Positions 31,705 to 41,623 of a stretch of DNA of 64,000 nucleotides are shown here, piece by piece; position 1 is the first letter of the stretch, and the number at the start of each line of letters is the position of its first letter. The stretch comes from an uncultured Gemmatimonadales bacterium. GTDB lineage: Bacteria > Gemmatimonadota > Gemmatimonadetes > Longimicrobiales > RSA9. The notes below the pieces were generated by a model. The model saw only the letters and a list, made by a program, of their open reading frames with translations. It was not told the DNA's origin and ran no database searches. Location of the stretch: positions 1,120,001 to 1,184,000 of the forward strand of contig CAWCRS010000007.1 of assembly GCA_963798085.1 (NCBI GenBank), in the 5' to 3' direction. The position numbers were made by a program, and so were the translations under genes.

Positions 31705-33219
31705 TCAGTCGGCGGCGGCCACGGCGTCTGTCGGACCAGCGGTGGCGCCGGCGGCGTCGTCGTCCGACATGAAGTCCGCGACGTGCGCCACCGCCTGCGG
31801 CTGCGTCAGCAGGCTCACGACCACCAGCAACACGACATTAACAATGACGCCCAGAATGCCTTCGTGGATCTGGAACGGTCGCAGCCCCTGCCGGAAGACG
31901 AAGAAGAGCGCCGTCGCCATGCCGCCGAAGAGACCGGCCAGCACGCCCGCCGTGGTGGCGCGCTTCCAGTAGAGCGCCGCGTAGACAGGCGGTGCCAGCT
32001 GGTCGACGAACGCGTAGGCCGTGAGCAGCAGCACCACCAGATTGGGCCGCGCAACCACGGCCAGGAAGTAGGCCAGCAGTCCAAAGACCACCACCAGCAA
32101 CTGCATGAGATGGCGGCGCAGGCTTTCCCTGATGCGGAGGAACGGTGCCACGCCATCCTCGATGGTGATCGAACCGGCCGCGTGCAGCAGTGCATCGCCC
32201 GTCGACATGGAAGCCGCCAGCGCGCCCGCGCAGAACAGGCCGACAACGACTGCGGGCATGCCCGACTGCAGCAGCACGTGCGGCAGAATGAAGTCGGCCG
32301 TGGCCGGCCGCGGCGTGAACAACACGCCCGCGAAGCCCACCAGCAGCAGCGGAATCAGGAACAGCTGGAATGTCGGATAGAGCACCACGGTGCGCCGCAG
32401 CGTGCGATCGTCGCGCGCATTGAACGCCTTCATGAACAGGTGCGGCCACACCACGAAGCCCAGCGCCGAGGAGAGGATCGCCGTGGAGTAGGCGCCCCAG
32501 CTCCAGGTATGGCCCGCCGCATCGAGTCCGGGCAGCAGCAGCATCTCGGGGCGCGCGGCCGCTATGCGCTGGAACATGGGGCCAACGCCGCCGTACAGCG
32601 CGTGCGGCACATACAGTCCCAGGCCCCACGCCACCGCGATCATGATGGCGCCCTCGAACACGTTGGTCCATCCCACCGCCGAGGCGCCGCCGATGAGCAC
32701 GTACAGCACCACCACGAAGTAGGACAGCGCCGCGCCCGCCCAGAACGGAATGTGATTCGCCGTCACCGCGCTGAAGACGATGCCCGCGCCGCTCATCTGC
32801 AGCATGATGTAGGGAATGAACGAGCCCACGGCAATGACGGCCATGAGGAGAGAAAGCGCGCGACTGGGGAAACGCCCTGTTACCAGCTGCGCCTGCGTCA
32901 CGAATCCCTTGCGCCGGCCCAGCCTCGCCGTGCGCGGGCCCACGAAATACCAGGGCGAAACGCCCAGCACGCCGTAGCTCAGGATGTAGAGCACCGCCAC
33001 GCCCCGGGAATACGCCCAGCCCGGTCCGCCCAGGAACGCGAACGCGCTGAAGACCGTGCCGCCGATCACGAAATACATGGACAGCAGACCGAAGCGCCGG
33101 TCTGCAGCCACGTAGCCCGTGACGCCGTGGCTCACCCTGCGGCCTGCTAACAGCCCGATACCCAGGGCCAGCACCAGGTAGCCCAGCACGATCGTCGTGA
33201 TCAGCTGCCAGCGTTCCAT
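31705..33219 (-). CDS. Sodium:solute symporter family protein
   Basis: FSAFAFLGGPGWAY, AGALAASMST, ATTAGVLAG; many TM helices. Confidence 0.9.
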   Translation of the reverse strand: MERWQLITTIVLGYLVLALGIGLLAGRRVSHGVTGYVAADRRFGLLSMYFVIGGTVFSAFAFLGGPGWAYSRGVAVLYILSYGVLGVSPWYFVGPRTARLGRRKGFVTQAQLVTGRFPSRALSLLMAVIAVGSFIPYIMLQMSGAGIVFSAVTANHIPFWAGAALSYFVVVLYVLIGGASAVGWTNVFEGAIMIAVAWGLGLYVPHALYGGVGPMFQRIAAARPEMLLLPGLDAAGHTWSWGAYSTAILSSALGFVVWPHLFMKAFNARDDRTLRRTVVLYPTFQLFLIPLLLVGFAGVLFTPRPATADFILPHVLLQSGMPAVVVGLFCAGALAASMSTGDALLHAAGSITIEDGVAPFLRIRESLRRHLMQLLVVVFGLLAYFLAVVARPNLVVLLLTAYAFVDQLAPPVYAALYWKRATTAGVLAGLFGGMATALFFVFRQGLRPFQIHEGILGVIVNVVLLVVVSLLTQPQAVAHVADFMSDDDAAGATAGPTDAVAAAD

Positions 33220-33240
33220 GTCAATCGCCGGTTGGAGGGC

Positions 33241-33486
33241 TCACTGCGGGGGAATGCGTTCCTCTGCCGCGGCGGCTTCATTCTCCGCGCGCGTCTGCGC
33301 CAGCTCCATGATGAGCAGCACGAAGAAGCCCAGTGCCACCCAGGCTGCGACCCAGATCATCACGAAGGGCATGCCGAACACACGCGGCTCGATGCGGTTG
33401 AACGGCAGGATGGCCGGGAACGTGAGGAAGAACGCTGATGCCACGATGTACGCGACGACGAGGCGTCGGGCCGCCGGCGCGCTCAC
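33241..33486 (-). CDS. DUF3311-like small membrane partner of the symporter
   Basis: FNRIEPRVFGMPF motif; two TMs directly upstream of the SSS gene. Confidence 0.75.
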   Translation of the reverse strand: MSAPAARRLVVAYIVASAFFLTFPAILPFNRIEPRVFGMPFVMIWVAAWVALGFFVLLIMELAQTRAENEAAAAEERIPPQ

Positions 33487-33722
33487 CGCTTCACCTCGCG
33501 CAGCGCGCGCGCGGCCGCTTCCAGTGATGCGCTGAGCTCGTCGATCAGCACGCGCGTGGCCGATAGTGTCAGACCTTCCGCACCCATCTGGGTGCGCAGC
33601 ATGCGGATCTTGCGCGCCGCGTGCTCCAGCCGCTCGATCGGATTCAGGTCGCCGCCCTCATCACCGAACGGATTCGAGCGACGCGATCCCGCCGCCTCAT
33701 CTTCGCCGAACGGATTCTTCAT
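33483..33722 (-). CDS. Small hypothetical protein with repeated NPFG motifs
   Basis: GGAGG RBS before the ATG; GTGA overlap with the next gene. Confidence 0.65.
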   Translation of the reverse strand: MKNPFGEDEAAGSRRSNPFGDEGGDLNPIERLEHAARKIRMLRTQMGAEGLTLSATRVLIDELSASLEAAARALREVKR

Positions 33723-33757
33723 GCCGCCTCCGTGTGCGTGCGGTTGTGGCTTCGCGA

Positions 33758-34537
33758 CTAGCGTCCGCGGAACCCGGGCGGGCGCTTTTCCAGGAACGCG
33801 CGCACGCCCTCGACGCGATCTTCGCTCGCGAACGCGCTGATGAACAGCTCGCGCTCCTGCGCCAGGCCCGCGCTCAGCGGCGCTTCCATGGCGGCGCGCA
33901 CCGCCGTCTTCGCCAGCTCCAGCGCTACGGGCGAGAATCCCGCCAGCGTGTGCGCGATGGTCATCGTGCTTTCACGCAGTGCCGCATCATCGAAAACCCA
34001 TTCGACCAGCCCGATGCGCTCGGCCTCGGCCGCGTCGATCAGCTCGCCCGTCAGAACCAGCCGCATTGCACGCCCGAAGCCCACCAGCCGCGGCAGTCGC
34101 TGCGTGCCGCCGCCACCGGGAAGCAGACCCAGCCGGATCTCCGGCTGGCCGAGCTTCGCCGAGCGTGCGGCCGTGCGCAGATCGCACGCCAGTGCCACTT
34201 CGCACCCGCCGCCCAGGGCGAAGCCGTTGATCATGGCGATGGTCGGGCGCGGAAACGCCGCGATCTCCTCGAACAGCCGCCGTCCCGTCATGGTGGCACG
34301 CTGCTCGACCGGCGTACGCTCCGCGAATTCGCTGATGTCCGCGCCCGCGATGAACGCCTTGTCGCCCGCGCCGGTGAATACCACGACACGGGTTTCCGCA
34401 TCATCACGCAGCGCAGCCAGTGCCCGGACCACTTCGTCCCGCACCATCGCGTTCAGCGCATTGCGCTTGTCCGGCCGATTGATGATGATCGTGGCTACAT
34501 GCCGGTCCCGCTCGACGAGCAGTGTTTCGAAAGGCAT
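33758..34537 (-). CDS. Enoyl-CoA hydratase (PaaF/crotonase-like)
   Basis: AFIAGADI, LGGGCE, QPEIRLG and GGGGTQRL (both catalytic Glu present). Confidence 0.92.
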   Translation of the reverse strand: MPFETLLVERDRHVATIIINRPDKRNALNAMVRDEVVRALAALRDDAETRVVVFTGAGDKAFIAGADISEFAERTPVEQRATMTGRRLFEEIAAFPRPTIAMINGFALGGGCEVALACDLRTAARSAKLGQPEIRLGLLPGGGGTQRLPRLVGFGRAMRLVLTGELIDAAEAERIGLVEWVFDDAALRESTMTIAHTLAGFSPVALELAKTAVRAAMEAPLSAGLAQERELFISAFASEDRVEGVRAFLEKRPPGFRGR

Positions 34538-35403
34538 CACGCGCCCGCCGTCCAGCGGTAGAACCCTTCACCGGTCTTCTTTCCCAGCTTGCCCTGCGCC
34601 ACCATGTCCTGCAGGATGCGCGGCGGGCGGAACTGCTCGGCGCCCAGCTGCTCGAACAGGTAGTTAGCTATGTCCAGGCGCACGTCCAGACCCACCAGGT
34701 CAGTGAGGCGCAGCGGCCCCATGGGGTGGCGGTAACCGAGTTCCATCGCCTTGTCGATGTCTTCCGCACTGGCCACGCCCTGTTCCACCATGCGCATTGC
34801 TTCCAGGCCGAGGAGCACACCCAGCCGCGAGGTCGCGAAACCGGGCGAATCGTTCACCACGATCGGCTCCTTGCCCAGACCGCGCACGAACCAGAGTGCA
34901 CGCGCCACCGTGTCCTCGCTCGTGGCGAGGCCGCGCACCAGCTCTACCAGCTTGTTGATGTGCACCGGATTGAAGAAGTGCAGGCCCACGACCTGCTCCG
35001 GGTGTGTGAGACCCCGCTGCAGCTCACTGATGCTCAGGCTCAATGTGTTGCTGGCCAGCACCGCCCGACCCGCAGTGGCCGCATCCACCGTGCGCAGCAG
35101 CGCCTGTTTCAGCTCCATCCGCTCGGGCACCGCTTCGATGACGAAGTCCGCATCCACGGCCGCCGCGCCCGCGTCCACGTCAGCGCGCACCCTCGCCAGG
35201 GCTGCGTCGCGCTCCTGAACACTGAGTTTGCCGCGCGCCACACCACCCTCGAGGTTCTCCCGGATGCGCTCGAGGCCGTGCCGCGCCAGCTCGATCCTGA
35301 TGTCCACCAGCGTTACCTTGTGCCCGGCCTGCGCTGCCACCTGCGCAATGCCGTGGCCCATGGTTCCGGCGCCCACCACCAGGACGTTGAACGTTTCTGC
35401 CAT
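34537..35403 (-). CDS. 3-hydroxyacyl-CoA dehydrogenase (Hbd/PaaH-like)
   Basis: GAGTMGHGIA, IEAVPE, HFFNP and HPMGPL motifs. Confidence 0.93.
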   Translation of the reverse strand: MAETFNVLVVGAGTMGHGIAQVAAQAGHKVTLVDIRIELARHGLERIRENLEGGVARGKLSVQERDAALARVRADVDAGAAAVDADFVIEAVPERMELKQALLRTVDAATAGRAVLASNTLSLSISELQRGLTHPEQVVGLHFFNPVHINKLVELVRGLATSEDTVARALWFVRGLGKEPIVVNDSPGFATSRLGVLLGLEAMRMVEQGVASAEDIDKAMELGYRHPMGPLRLTDLVGLDVRLDIANYLFEQLGAEQFRPPRILQDMVAQGKLGKKTGEGFYRWTAGA

Positions 35404-36215
35404 CAGCGTGTGCGGGCAGGTGAGGGCTTCCGGTTGAAGCGCGGACTGCGCTTCTCCAGGAACGCGTGCAGTCCCTCGCGGAAATCATCGGAGCGGAATG
35501 CACGCAGCTGCGCCTGCACCTCCATTTCGAGCATCTCGTGCAGCGGCGCCGTCGAGCTGTGGCGCAGTGCGCGCTTGGCATCGGCCAGCACCTGTGCCGG
35601 TGCGCCGGCGATCTGTCCGGCAATGCCGCGCGCAGCCGTTTCCAGCTCGGCGGCAGGCACCACGCGGTTGAACAGACCCAGCCGCTCACAGCGCTCGGCG
35701 TTGATCATGCCGCCCGTGTAAATGGCCTCGGCGGCCACCGCCATGCCCACGAGGCGAGGCAGGAAATAACTGCCGCCCCAGTCAGGGTGCAGGCCGACGC
35801 GCAGGAAGGTGAGCCCGATGGATGCGGTTTCACTGGCCACGCGCAGATCGCAGGCCAGCGCCAGGCAGGCGCCGGCGCCGGCTGCGGGGCCGTTCACCGC
35901 CGCCATCACCGGCTTGCCCATGTTCTCAATGTACGAGACCACGTTGGCTCCCGCGCGCACCAGCGCCTCGAAGCGCGCTTCGTCGTTGGCATCCACCAGC
36001 TCGGACATGACGCTGATGTCGCCGCCAGTCGAAAACGCGCGCCCCACACCGGTGATGATCACGCAGCGAACATCGCTGTTCCGCTCGTGTGTCTCGAGCG
36101 CCGCGAGAATGTCGTTGCGCATGCCTTCCGCGAACGCATTCAGCCGCTCCGGCCGGTTGATGCGGATCCAGCCGAGTGCGCCCTCGGCCTCGACCAGCAC
36201 CTTGTCCGTGCTCAT
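35403..36215 (-). CDS. Enoyl-CoA isomerase, PaaG-like crotonase
   Basis: FSTGGD, AAGAGACLA and FLRVGLHPDWGG (Asp-type active site). Confidence 0.85.
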   Translation of the reverse strand: MSTDKVLVEAEGALGWIRINRPERLNAFAEGMRNDILAALETHERNSDVRCVIITGVGRAFSTGGDISVMSELVDANDEARFEALVRAGANVVSYIENMGKPVMAAVNGPAAGAGACLALACDLRVASETASIGLTFLRVGLHPDWGGSYFLPRLVGMAVAAEAIYTGGMINAERCERLGLFNRVVPAAELETAARGIAGQIAGAPAQVLADAKRALRHSSTAPLHEMLEMEVQAQLRAFRSDDFREGLHAFLEKRSPRFNRKPSPARTR

Positions 36216-37414
36216 GCGAACACCTCCACGATCGTGGCAATGCCCTGGCCGACGCCAATGCACATCGTGGCCAGACCCACGCCGCCGCCCCGCCGGCGCA
36301 GCTCGTGCACCAGCGTAGTGAGGATGCGTGCGCCCGAGCAGCCCAGCGGGTGCCCGAGCGCAATGGCGCCACCGTTCACGTTCACACGTGCCGGGTCGAG
36401 CCCCAGCTCACGCATGCACGGAATCGATTGTGCCGCGAACGCCTCGTTGATTTCCGCGAGGACGATGTCCTCGATGCCAAGCCCTGCCCGCCGCAACGCG
36501 ATTCGCGTGGCAGGAACCGGGCCCATGCCCATGTACTGCGGCTCAATGCCGGCAACCGCGCTGCTCACCACGCGCGCCAGGGGCGTCATGCCCAGTGCGC
36601 GCGCGCGTGCAGCCTCCATCAGCAGCAGTGCGGCGGCGCCGTCATTGAGGCCCGAGGAATTGCCGGCCGTGACGGTGCCGCCTTCCCGAAAGGCCGGCCG
36701 CAGTCGCGCCAGCTTTTCCAGTGTCGTATCCGGGCGAGGGTGCTCGTCGCGGGCCACCGTCTGACTTTGTCCTTTCGGACCCGGGACCGTGACCGGCACC
36801 AGCTCGGCCGCAGAACGACCGGCCGTCATCGCCGCGCTCGCACGCTGCTGGCTCTCCAGCGCGAACGCATCCTGGGCGTCACGCGTCACGCCGTACTTCT
36901 CCGCCACCAGCTCGGCGGTCTCGCCCAGCGAAACGGTGTAAATGTCGGGGAAACGCGAATTGGTGAAGCGCCAGCCCAACACGCTGTCAGCCACACGCGG
37001 CGCGCCCCGCGCATAGGCTTCTTCCGGCTTGAGCATCACCCAGGGTGCGCGACTCATCGATTCCACGCCGCCCGCCAGGAATACATCGCCTTCACCCGCG
37101 CGAATCGCGTGCGCCGCCGAGTTGATGGCCTGCAGCCCGGACCCGCACAGGCGGTTCACGGTCTGGCCCGGCACGGTGACCGGAAGACCCGCGAGCAGTG
37201 CCGCCATGCGAGCCACGTTGCGATTGTCTTCGCCTGCCTGATTGGTGCAGCCCAGAATCACGTCATCGACGGTTGCACCATCGATGCCGGTCCGGCTCAG
37301 AACTGCCTGGAGGATGTGCGCGCCGAGATCATCGGGGCGGACGCCGGCGAGCGCGCCGCCGTACCGTCCCACCGGCGTGCGGGCTGCGTCGACGATCCAC
37401 GCTTCGCCGGCCAT
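36212..37414 (-). CDS. Thiolase, PaaJ/PcaF (3-oxoadipyl-CoA thiolase)-like
   Basis: NQAGEDNRNVARM, NRLCGSG, NEAFAAQ, GHPLGCSG and MCIGVGQG motifs. Confidence 0.92.
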   Translation of the reverse strand: MAGEAWIVDAARTPVGRYGGALAGVRPDDLGAHILQAVLSRTGIDGATVDDVILGCTNQAGEDNRNVARMAALLAGLPVTVPGQTVNRLCGSGLQAINSAAHAIRAGEGDVFLAGGVESMSRAPWVMLKPEEAYARGAPRVADSVLGWRFTNSRFPDIYTVSLGETAELVAEKYGVTRDAQDAFALESQQRASAAMTAGRSAAELVPVTVPGPKGQSQTVARDEHPRPDTTLEKLARLRPAFREGGTVTAGNSSGLNDGAAALLLMEAARARALGMTPLARVVSSAVAGIEPQYMGMGPVPATRIALRRAGLGIEDIVLAEINEAFAAQSIPCMRELGLDPARVNVNGGAIALGHPLGCSGARILTTLVHELRRRGGGVGLATMCIGVGQGIATIVEVFA

Positions 37415-37424
37415 GTCGTGCGGA

Positions 37425-38897
37425 TCAGTTCAGATCCACCCACACGCTCTTGATCTGCGTGTAGAGATCCAGTGCGTAGCGACCCAGTTCCCGGCCGTAA
37501 CCCGATTGTTTGTAGCCGCCAAAAGGCGAAGCCGCGTCCAGTGGGTGATAGGTGTTGATCCAGACAGTGCCGGCCTGCACGCGCCGCGCGAAGCGGTGCG
37601 CCTTCTTGATGTCGCGGGTCCACACGGCCGCGGCCAGCCCGTAGATGGTGTCGTTGGCAAGCGCGATGGCCTCCTCCTCGTCCTCGAAGGTGAGCGCCGC
37701 CAGCACCGGTCCGAAAATCTCCTCCTGCGCGATCACGTGCCCGGGCTGCACCGCGTCGAACACCGTCGGCTCGAGCCAGTAGCCGCGCGCCTCGCCACCG
37801 TACAGTGCCCGCTTCCCGCCGACCAGCAGGTTCGCGCCCTCGCGCCGGCCCTGCTCAATGTACCCTTGTACGCGCGTCAGCTGCTCCTCCGAAATGAGCG
37901 GACCCATGCGCGTCTTCGGATCGAGCGGGTCGCCCGGCTGCAGCTTGCGGGCTCGCTCCACGATCTGTGCCAGCAGTGCTTCCTTGATCGATGCCGCCAC
38001 CAGCAGGCGGGAACCGGCCGTGCAGGCCTGGCCCATGTTGTAGAAGATGCCGGCAAAGGCGCCTCTGGCCGCGGCATCCACGTCGGCATCTGCTAACACG
38101 ATATTCGGGGACTTGCCGCCCAGCTCGAGCGAGACGCGCTTCAGCGTGGCCGCCGCCTCCCGCATGATGATCTTGCCCACCGCCGTCGAGCCGGTGAATG
38201 CCACCTTGTCCACGCCCGGATGCCGCACCAGGGCCGCGCCCGCGGTCTCGCCGAAGCCCGGCAGGACATTGAGCACCCCCGCCGGAAGTCCCGCTTCCGT
38301 GGCAATGGCCGCCAGCTCGAGTGCGGTCAGCGGCGTCTGCTCGGCCGGCTTCAGTACCACGGTGTTACCACAGGCCAGCGCCGGTGCCACCTTCCACGCG
38401 GCCATGAGCAGCGGGAAGTTCCACGGGATGATGGCGCCCACCACACCCAGCGGCTCGCGCAGCGTGTAGTTCAGGATGTTGCCGCGTACCGGGATGGTTT
38501 CGCCTTCCAGCTTGGTGGTCCAGCCCGCGTAATAGCGGAAGGCGTCGATCGTTTCGCGCAGATCGATCTGGGCTTCGCGGATGGGCTTGCCGTTGTCGAT
38601 GACTTCGAGCCGGGCCAGCGTGTCGGCGCGCGCCTCGATCAGGTCACTGATCCTCCAGAGCAGCGCACCCCGGTCTGCCGCATCCATGCGGCTCCACGGC
38701 CCTTCGTATGCCTTGCGCGCCGCGCCGACAGCGGCATCGACATCCGCGGCGCCCGCTTCGGCGATCTCGGCAATCACTTCGCCGGTCGCTGGATTGCGCG
38801 TCTCGAAGCGGTCGCCGCTGGCCGCGTCGACCCAGGCGCCGTCCACGAACAGGCGGTTCGGTGCCGCCCGCTCGACCGGAAGGCTGGTCGTTGCCAT
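37425..38897 (-). CDS. NAD-dependent aldehyde dehydrogenase
   Basis: PWNFP, FTGST, LELGGKSP, GQACTAGSR and EEIFGPV motifs. Confidence 0.94.
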   Translation of the reverse strand: MATTSLPVERAAPNRLFVDGAWVDAASGDRFETRNPATGEVIAEIAEAGAADVDAAVGAARKAYEGPWSRMDAADRGALLWRISDLIEARADTLARLEVIDNGKPIREAQIDLRETIDAFRYYAGWTTKLEGETIPVRGNILNYTLREPLGVVGAIIPWNFPLLMAAWKVAPALACGNTVVLKPAEQTPLTALELAAIATEAGLPAGVLNVLPGFGETAGAALVRHPGVDKVAFTGSTAVGKIIMREAAATLKRVSLELGGKSPNIVLADADVDAAARGAFAGIFYNMGQACTAGSRLLVAASIKEALLAQIVERARKLQPGDPLDPKTRMGPLISEEQLTRVQGYIEQGRREGANLLVGGKRALYGGEARGYWLEPTVFDAVQPGHVIAQEEIFGPVLAALTFEDEEEAIALANDTIYGLAAAVWTRDIKKAHRFARRVQAGTVWINTYHPLDAASPFGGYKQSGYGRELGRYALDLYTQIKSVWVDLN

Positions 38898-38908
38898 GGC
38901 CCGGCCGC

Positions 38909-39736
38909 TCAGCGGGCCTTGAACTCCGGCTTGCGCTTCTCGATGTACGCTGCCAGGCCTTCCTTCGCGTCCCCGCTCTGGAAGAGCAGCTGCTGCAGCT
39001 CGCGCTCCACCGCCAGTGCATCCTGCAAAGGCAGTTCGCCGCCCGTCTGCACACTGCGCTTGATGTTGCCCACCGCCTTCGCCGCCTTGTTGGGCGGTGT
39101 GAACTGCCTGGCGTAGTCGAGGATGCGCGCCAGGAACTCGGCGCGGTTGCCGCCCTCGATGACATCGTTGACGATGCCCATGGACTGCGCCTCCTCGAAC
39201 TCGAACGTCCGCCCGGTGATCATCAGATCGATCGCCTTCGCCTTGCCGACCAGGCGGCAGAGACGCTGCGTGCCGCCAGTGCCCGGAAGCACGCCCAGCG
39301 TGACCTCGGGCAGGCCGATCTTGCCCCCGCCCTTGCGCGCAATACGCATGTCGGCCGCCATGGCGATCTCGAGTCCGCCGCCCACGGTGTGGCCGTTGAG
39401 CGCCGCGATCACCAGCTTGGGCGTCTGCTCCAGGCGGTTGAGCGTCTCGTTCGCATGCAGGCAGAAGTAGTACTTGAACTGCGGCGTCACGGTGTTGAGC
39501 ATCTGGATGTTCGCGCCCGCGCAGAAAAACTTCTCGCCCGCGCCGGTGAGCACCAGCACGTAGACGCTGTCATCCATGCGTGCCCGCAGAATCGCGGTGT
39601 CCAGGTCCTGCATCATCTCGTAGGTATAGGTATTGGCGGGCGGGTCGTCGAGCGTCAGGACCGCGACGCCATCTCTCGCCTCGTACGCCACAAGCGTCCT
39701 GCGATCGCTCATGGTTTCTTCTGCCACATGGGCCAT
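38909..39736 (-). CDS. Enoyl-CoA hydratase/isomerase family protein
   Basis: FCAGANI, VGGGLE and LPEVTLGVLPGTGGTQRL motifs. Confidence 0.9.
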   Translation of the reverse strand: MAHVAEETMSDRRTLVAYEARDGVAVLTLDDPPANTYTYEMMQDLDTAILRARMDDSVYVLVLTGAGEKFFCAGANIQMLNTVTPQFKYYFCLHANETLNRLEQTPKLVIAALNGHTVGGGLEIAMAADMRIARKGGGKIGLPEVTLGVLPGTGGTQRLCRLVGKAKAIDLMITGRTFEFEEAQSMGIVNDVIEGGNRAEFLARILDYARQFTPPNKAAKAVGNIKRSVQTGGELPLQDALAVERELQQLLFQSGDAKEGLAAYIEKRKPEFKAR

Positions 39737-39839
39737 GTCATCCTCCTCTTTCCCGAATCAGGCGTGAAGCGCGCCGCGCGGCGGTGCGCCATCAAGTCAG
39801 GTGTCCCCATGCCCCTCGCGGGCCGGCGCGGGTGCGGCG

Positions 39840-39865
39840 AAAAAAAAGCTGGCGCGTCTGCCAGC
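39840..39865 (-). terminator. Rho-independent terminator (minus strand)
   Basis: Minus strand GCTGGC-AGACGC-GCCAGC-TTTTTTTT. Confidence 0.75.
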
Positions 39866-39925
39866 CTCGCCTCGGGTCGCCGCCAGTGCGCCGGCCTCGA
39901 CTTTCCGGCCGCGGAAGAGTACTCC

Positions 39926-40114
39926 GCAGGACCTCAGCCGTGCCCAGCGAGCAGCCCGGTGAACCTGAACCTGTGCTGACGCTCGGTCAAGTATGGACAG
40001 CCGTGAGCGCCGGGTGCGGCACGCGCGTATCAGCTTGCAGTGACTCACGCTCCGGCCGCATGAGCCGCTGTCGGGCGCGAGCGGAACAGGGCGCGTGACA
40101 CGGTTGCCGCCCGC
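39926..40114 (-). ncRNA. ssrS: Candidate 6S RNA (~189 nt)
   Basis: Closing stems GCGGG/CCTGC and AACCGTG/CACGGCT; inner stems GACAGC/GCTGTC and TGCGGC/GCCGCA; CTTGACC...GGTTCAGG element resembling the 6S 3' bubble hairpin; promoter upstream and terminator downstream. Confidence 0.55.
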
Positions 40115-40120
40115 ATGGGA

Positions 40121-40149
40121 AATGCACTCGCTACTTCGGTGGCAGTCCA
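40121..40149 (-). promoter_or_regulatory. Putative sigma70 promoter for the ncRNA
   Basis: Minus strand TGGACT-N17-TGCATT, 6 nt upstream of the predicted 5' end. Confidence 0.4.
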
Positions 40150-40212
40150 CTACCTTGCGATGGGTATAGTGCTGTCGCGGAACCGCCGGAGCCCTCACCG
40201 GTAGGATCGATC

Positions 40213-41586
40213 ATGCCCTCATCTCCGATACGTGCGCTGTTCGTCATCATCGCCGTGATGCTGGGCACGCTCGCGGCCGCGGTCGTCGGCGTGGGCATGC
40301 TGCTGTCACACAAGCACGCGCCCGCGCCACCTTCCGCCGCGGTGTATCGCGTGCCGCTGAACGGTGTGATCGAGCTGGGACTCGCTCCCTTTGTCGAGCG
40401 CAGCCTGGCTGACGCCGCCAGGGCTGGTGCGCGCGCGATTGTCCTCGACATGGATACGCCCGGTGGCCGCATCAATGCGGCGGATCAGATCGTCAATGCC
40501 ATCCAGAAGAGCCCGGTGCCCGTCTACACCTTTGTCGATCGCCGCGCGTTCTCGGCGGGTGCTCTCATTGCGCTCGCCACACGCCGCATCTACATGAAGC
40601 CGGGCGCCGTGATCGGCGCTGCCACACCCGTGAACGGCAGCGGCGAGAAGGCGCCCGAGAAGATCGTGAGCGCCATGCGCAGCGAGATGCGTGCGCTGGC
40701 GGAGCAGCAGGGCCTCGATCCGCGCGTGGCGGAAGCGATGGTCGATGAAGACGTCGCCATCGACGGCGTCGTCGCCCAGGGCAAGCTGCTCACACTGACG
40801 ACAGACGAAGCCGTGAGGATCGGGTACGCACAGCCGGCTGCGGATCTGGATGGTGTGCTGGCGGCTGTCGGCGTGCCCGCGACCGAGGTGCACGACACGC
40901 AGATCAACTGGGCTGAATCGCTGGTGCGCTTCCTGTCCAACCCCGCCGTCGCGCCACTGCTCCTCGTGCTCGGCTTCCTGGGTGTGGTCATCGAAATCAA
41001 GGCGCACGCCTTCGGTCTGGCCGGTCTCATCGGCCTCGGCTCGCTGGGTCTCTTCTTCGGCAGTCGCTATCTCGTGGGCCTCGCCGGCATGGAAGAGATG
41101 ATCCTGCTGGGCGTCGGCATCCTGCTGCTCCTGCTCGAGGCGTTCGTCATTCCCGGCTTCGGCATCGCCGGCATTGCGGGCATCGCTGCGGTGGGCACGA
41201 GCATCTTCCTCAGCCTGCTCCCGCATTTCGCGACATCTGCGGACGTCGCCACCGCCGCCGGCGTCGTTTCCATTGCCGCCATCACGGTGGTGCTCATCGT
41301 GTGGGCACTGCTGCGCCATCTGCCGCGCAGCGGTCGGTTCGCGCGCTCCGGTCTCATGCTCGAAGAATCGACGAGTCGCGATGTCGGCTATCAGTCCGCC
41401 GAAGTGCGCCACGAACTGGTCGGCGCCGACGGCGTGGCGCTGACCGACCTGCGGCCGTCCGGCGTCGCAAAGATCGGTGAGGAGCGCGTCGACGTGGAGG
41501 CCGAGTCCAGCTGGATCAGCGCCGGTACGCCCGTGCGCGTGATGCGCTCGGAAGGCTACCGTCACATCGTGCGCGCGGTGCGCTGA
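40213..41586 (+). CDS. nfeD: NfeD family membrane serine protease (ClpP-like domain, TMs, OB fold)
   Basis: DTPGG, AFSAGA, IGAATPV, AEAMVD, GKLLTLT and LTDLRPSG motifs. Confidence 0.9.
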   Translation: MPSSPIRALFVIIAVMLGTLAAAVVGVGMLLSHKHAPAPPSAAVYRVPLNGVIELGLAPFVERSLADAARAGARAIVLDMDTPGGRINAADQIVNAIQKSPVPVYTFVDRRAFSAGALIALATRRIYMKPGAVIGAATPVNGSGEKAPEKIVSAMRSEMRALAEQQGLDPRVAEAMVDEDVAIDGVVAQGKLLTLTTDEAVRIGYAQPAADLDGVLAAVGVPATEVHDTQINWAESLVRFLSNPAVAPLLLVLGFLGVVIEIKAHAFGLAGLIGLGSLGLFFGSRYLVGLAGMEEMILLGVGILLLLLEAFVIPGFGIAGIAGIAAVGTSIFLSLLPHFATSADVATAAGVVSIAAITVVLIVWALLRHLPRSGRFARSGLMLEESTSRDVGYQSAEVRHELVGADGVALTDLRPSGVAKIGEERVDVEAESSWISAGTPVRVMRSEGYRHIVRAVR

Positions 41587-41623
41587 GCGCCGCGCACTTC
41601 AAATCATCGAAACGGAGCCACGG

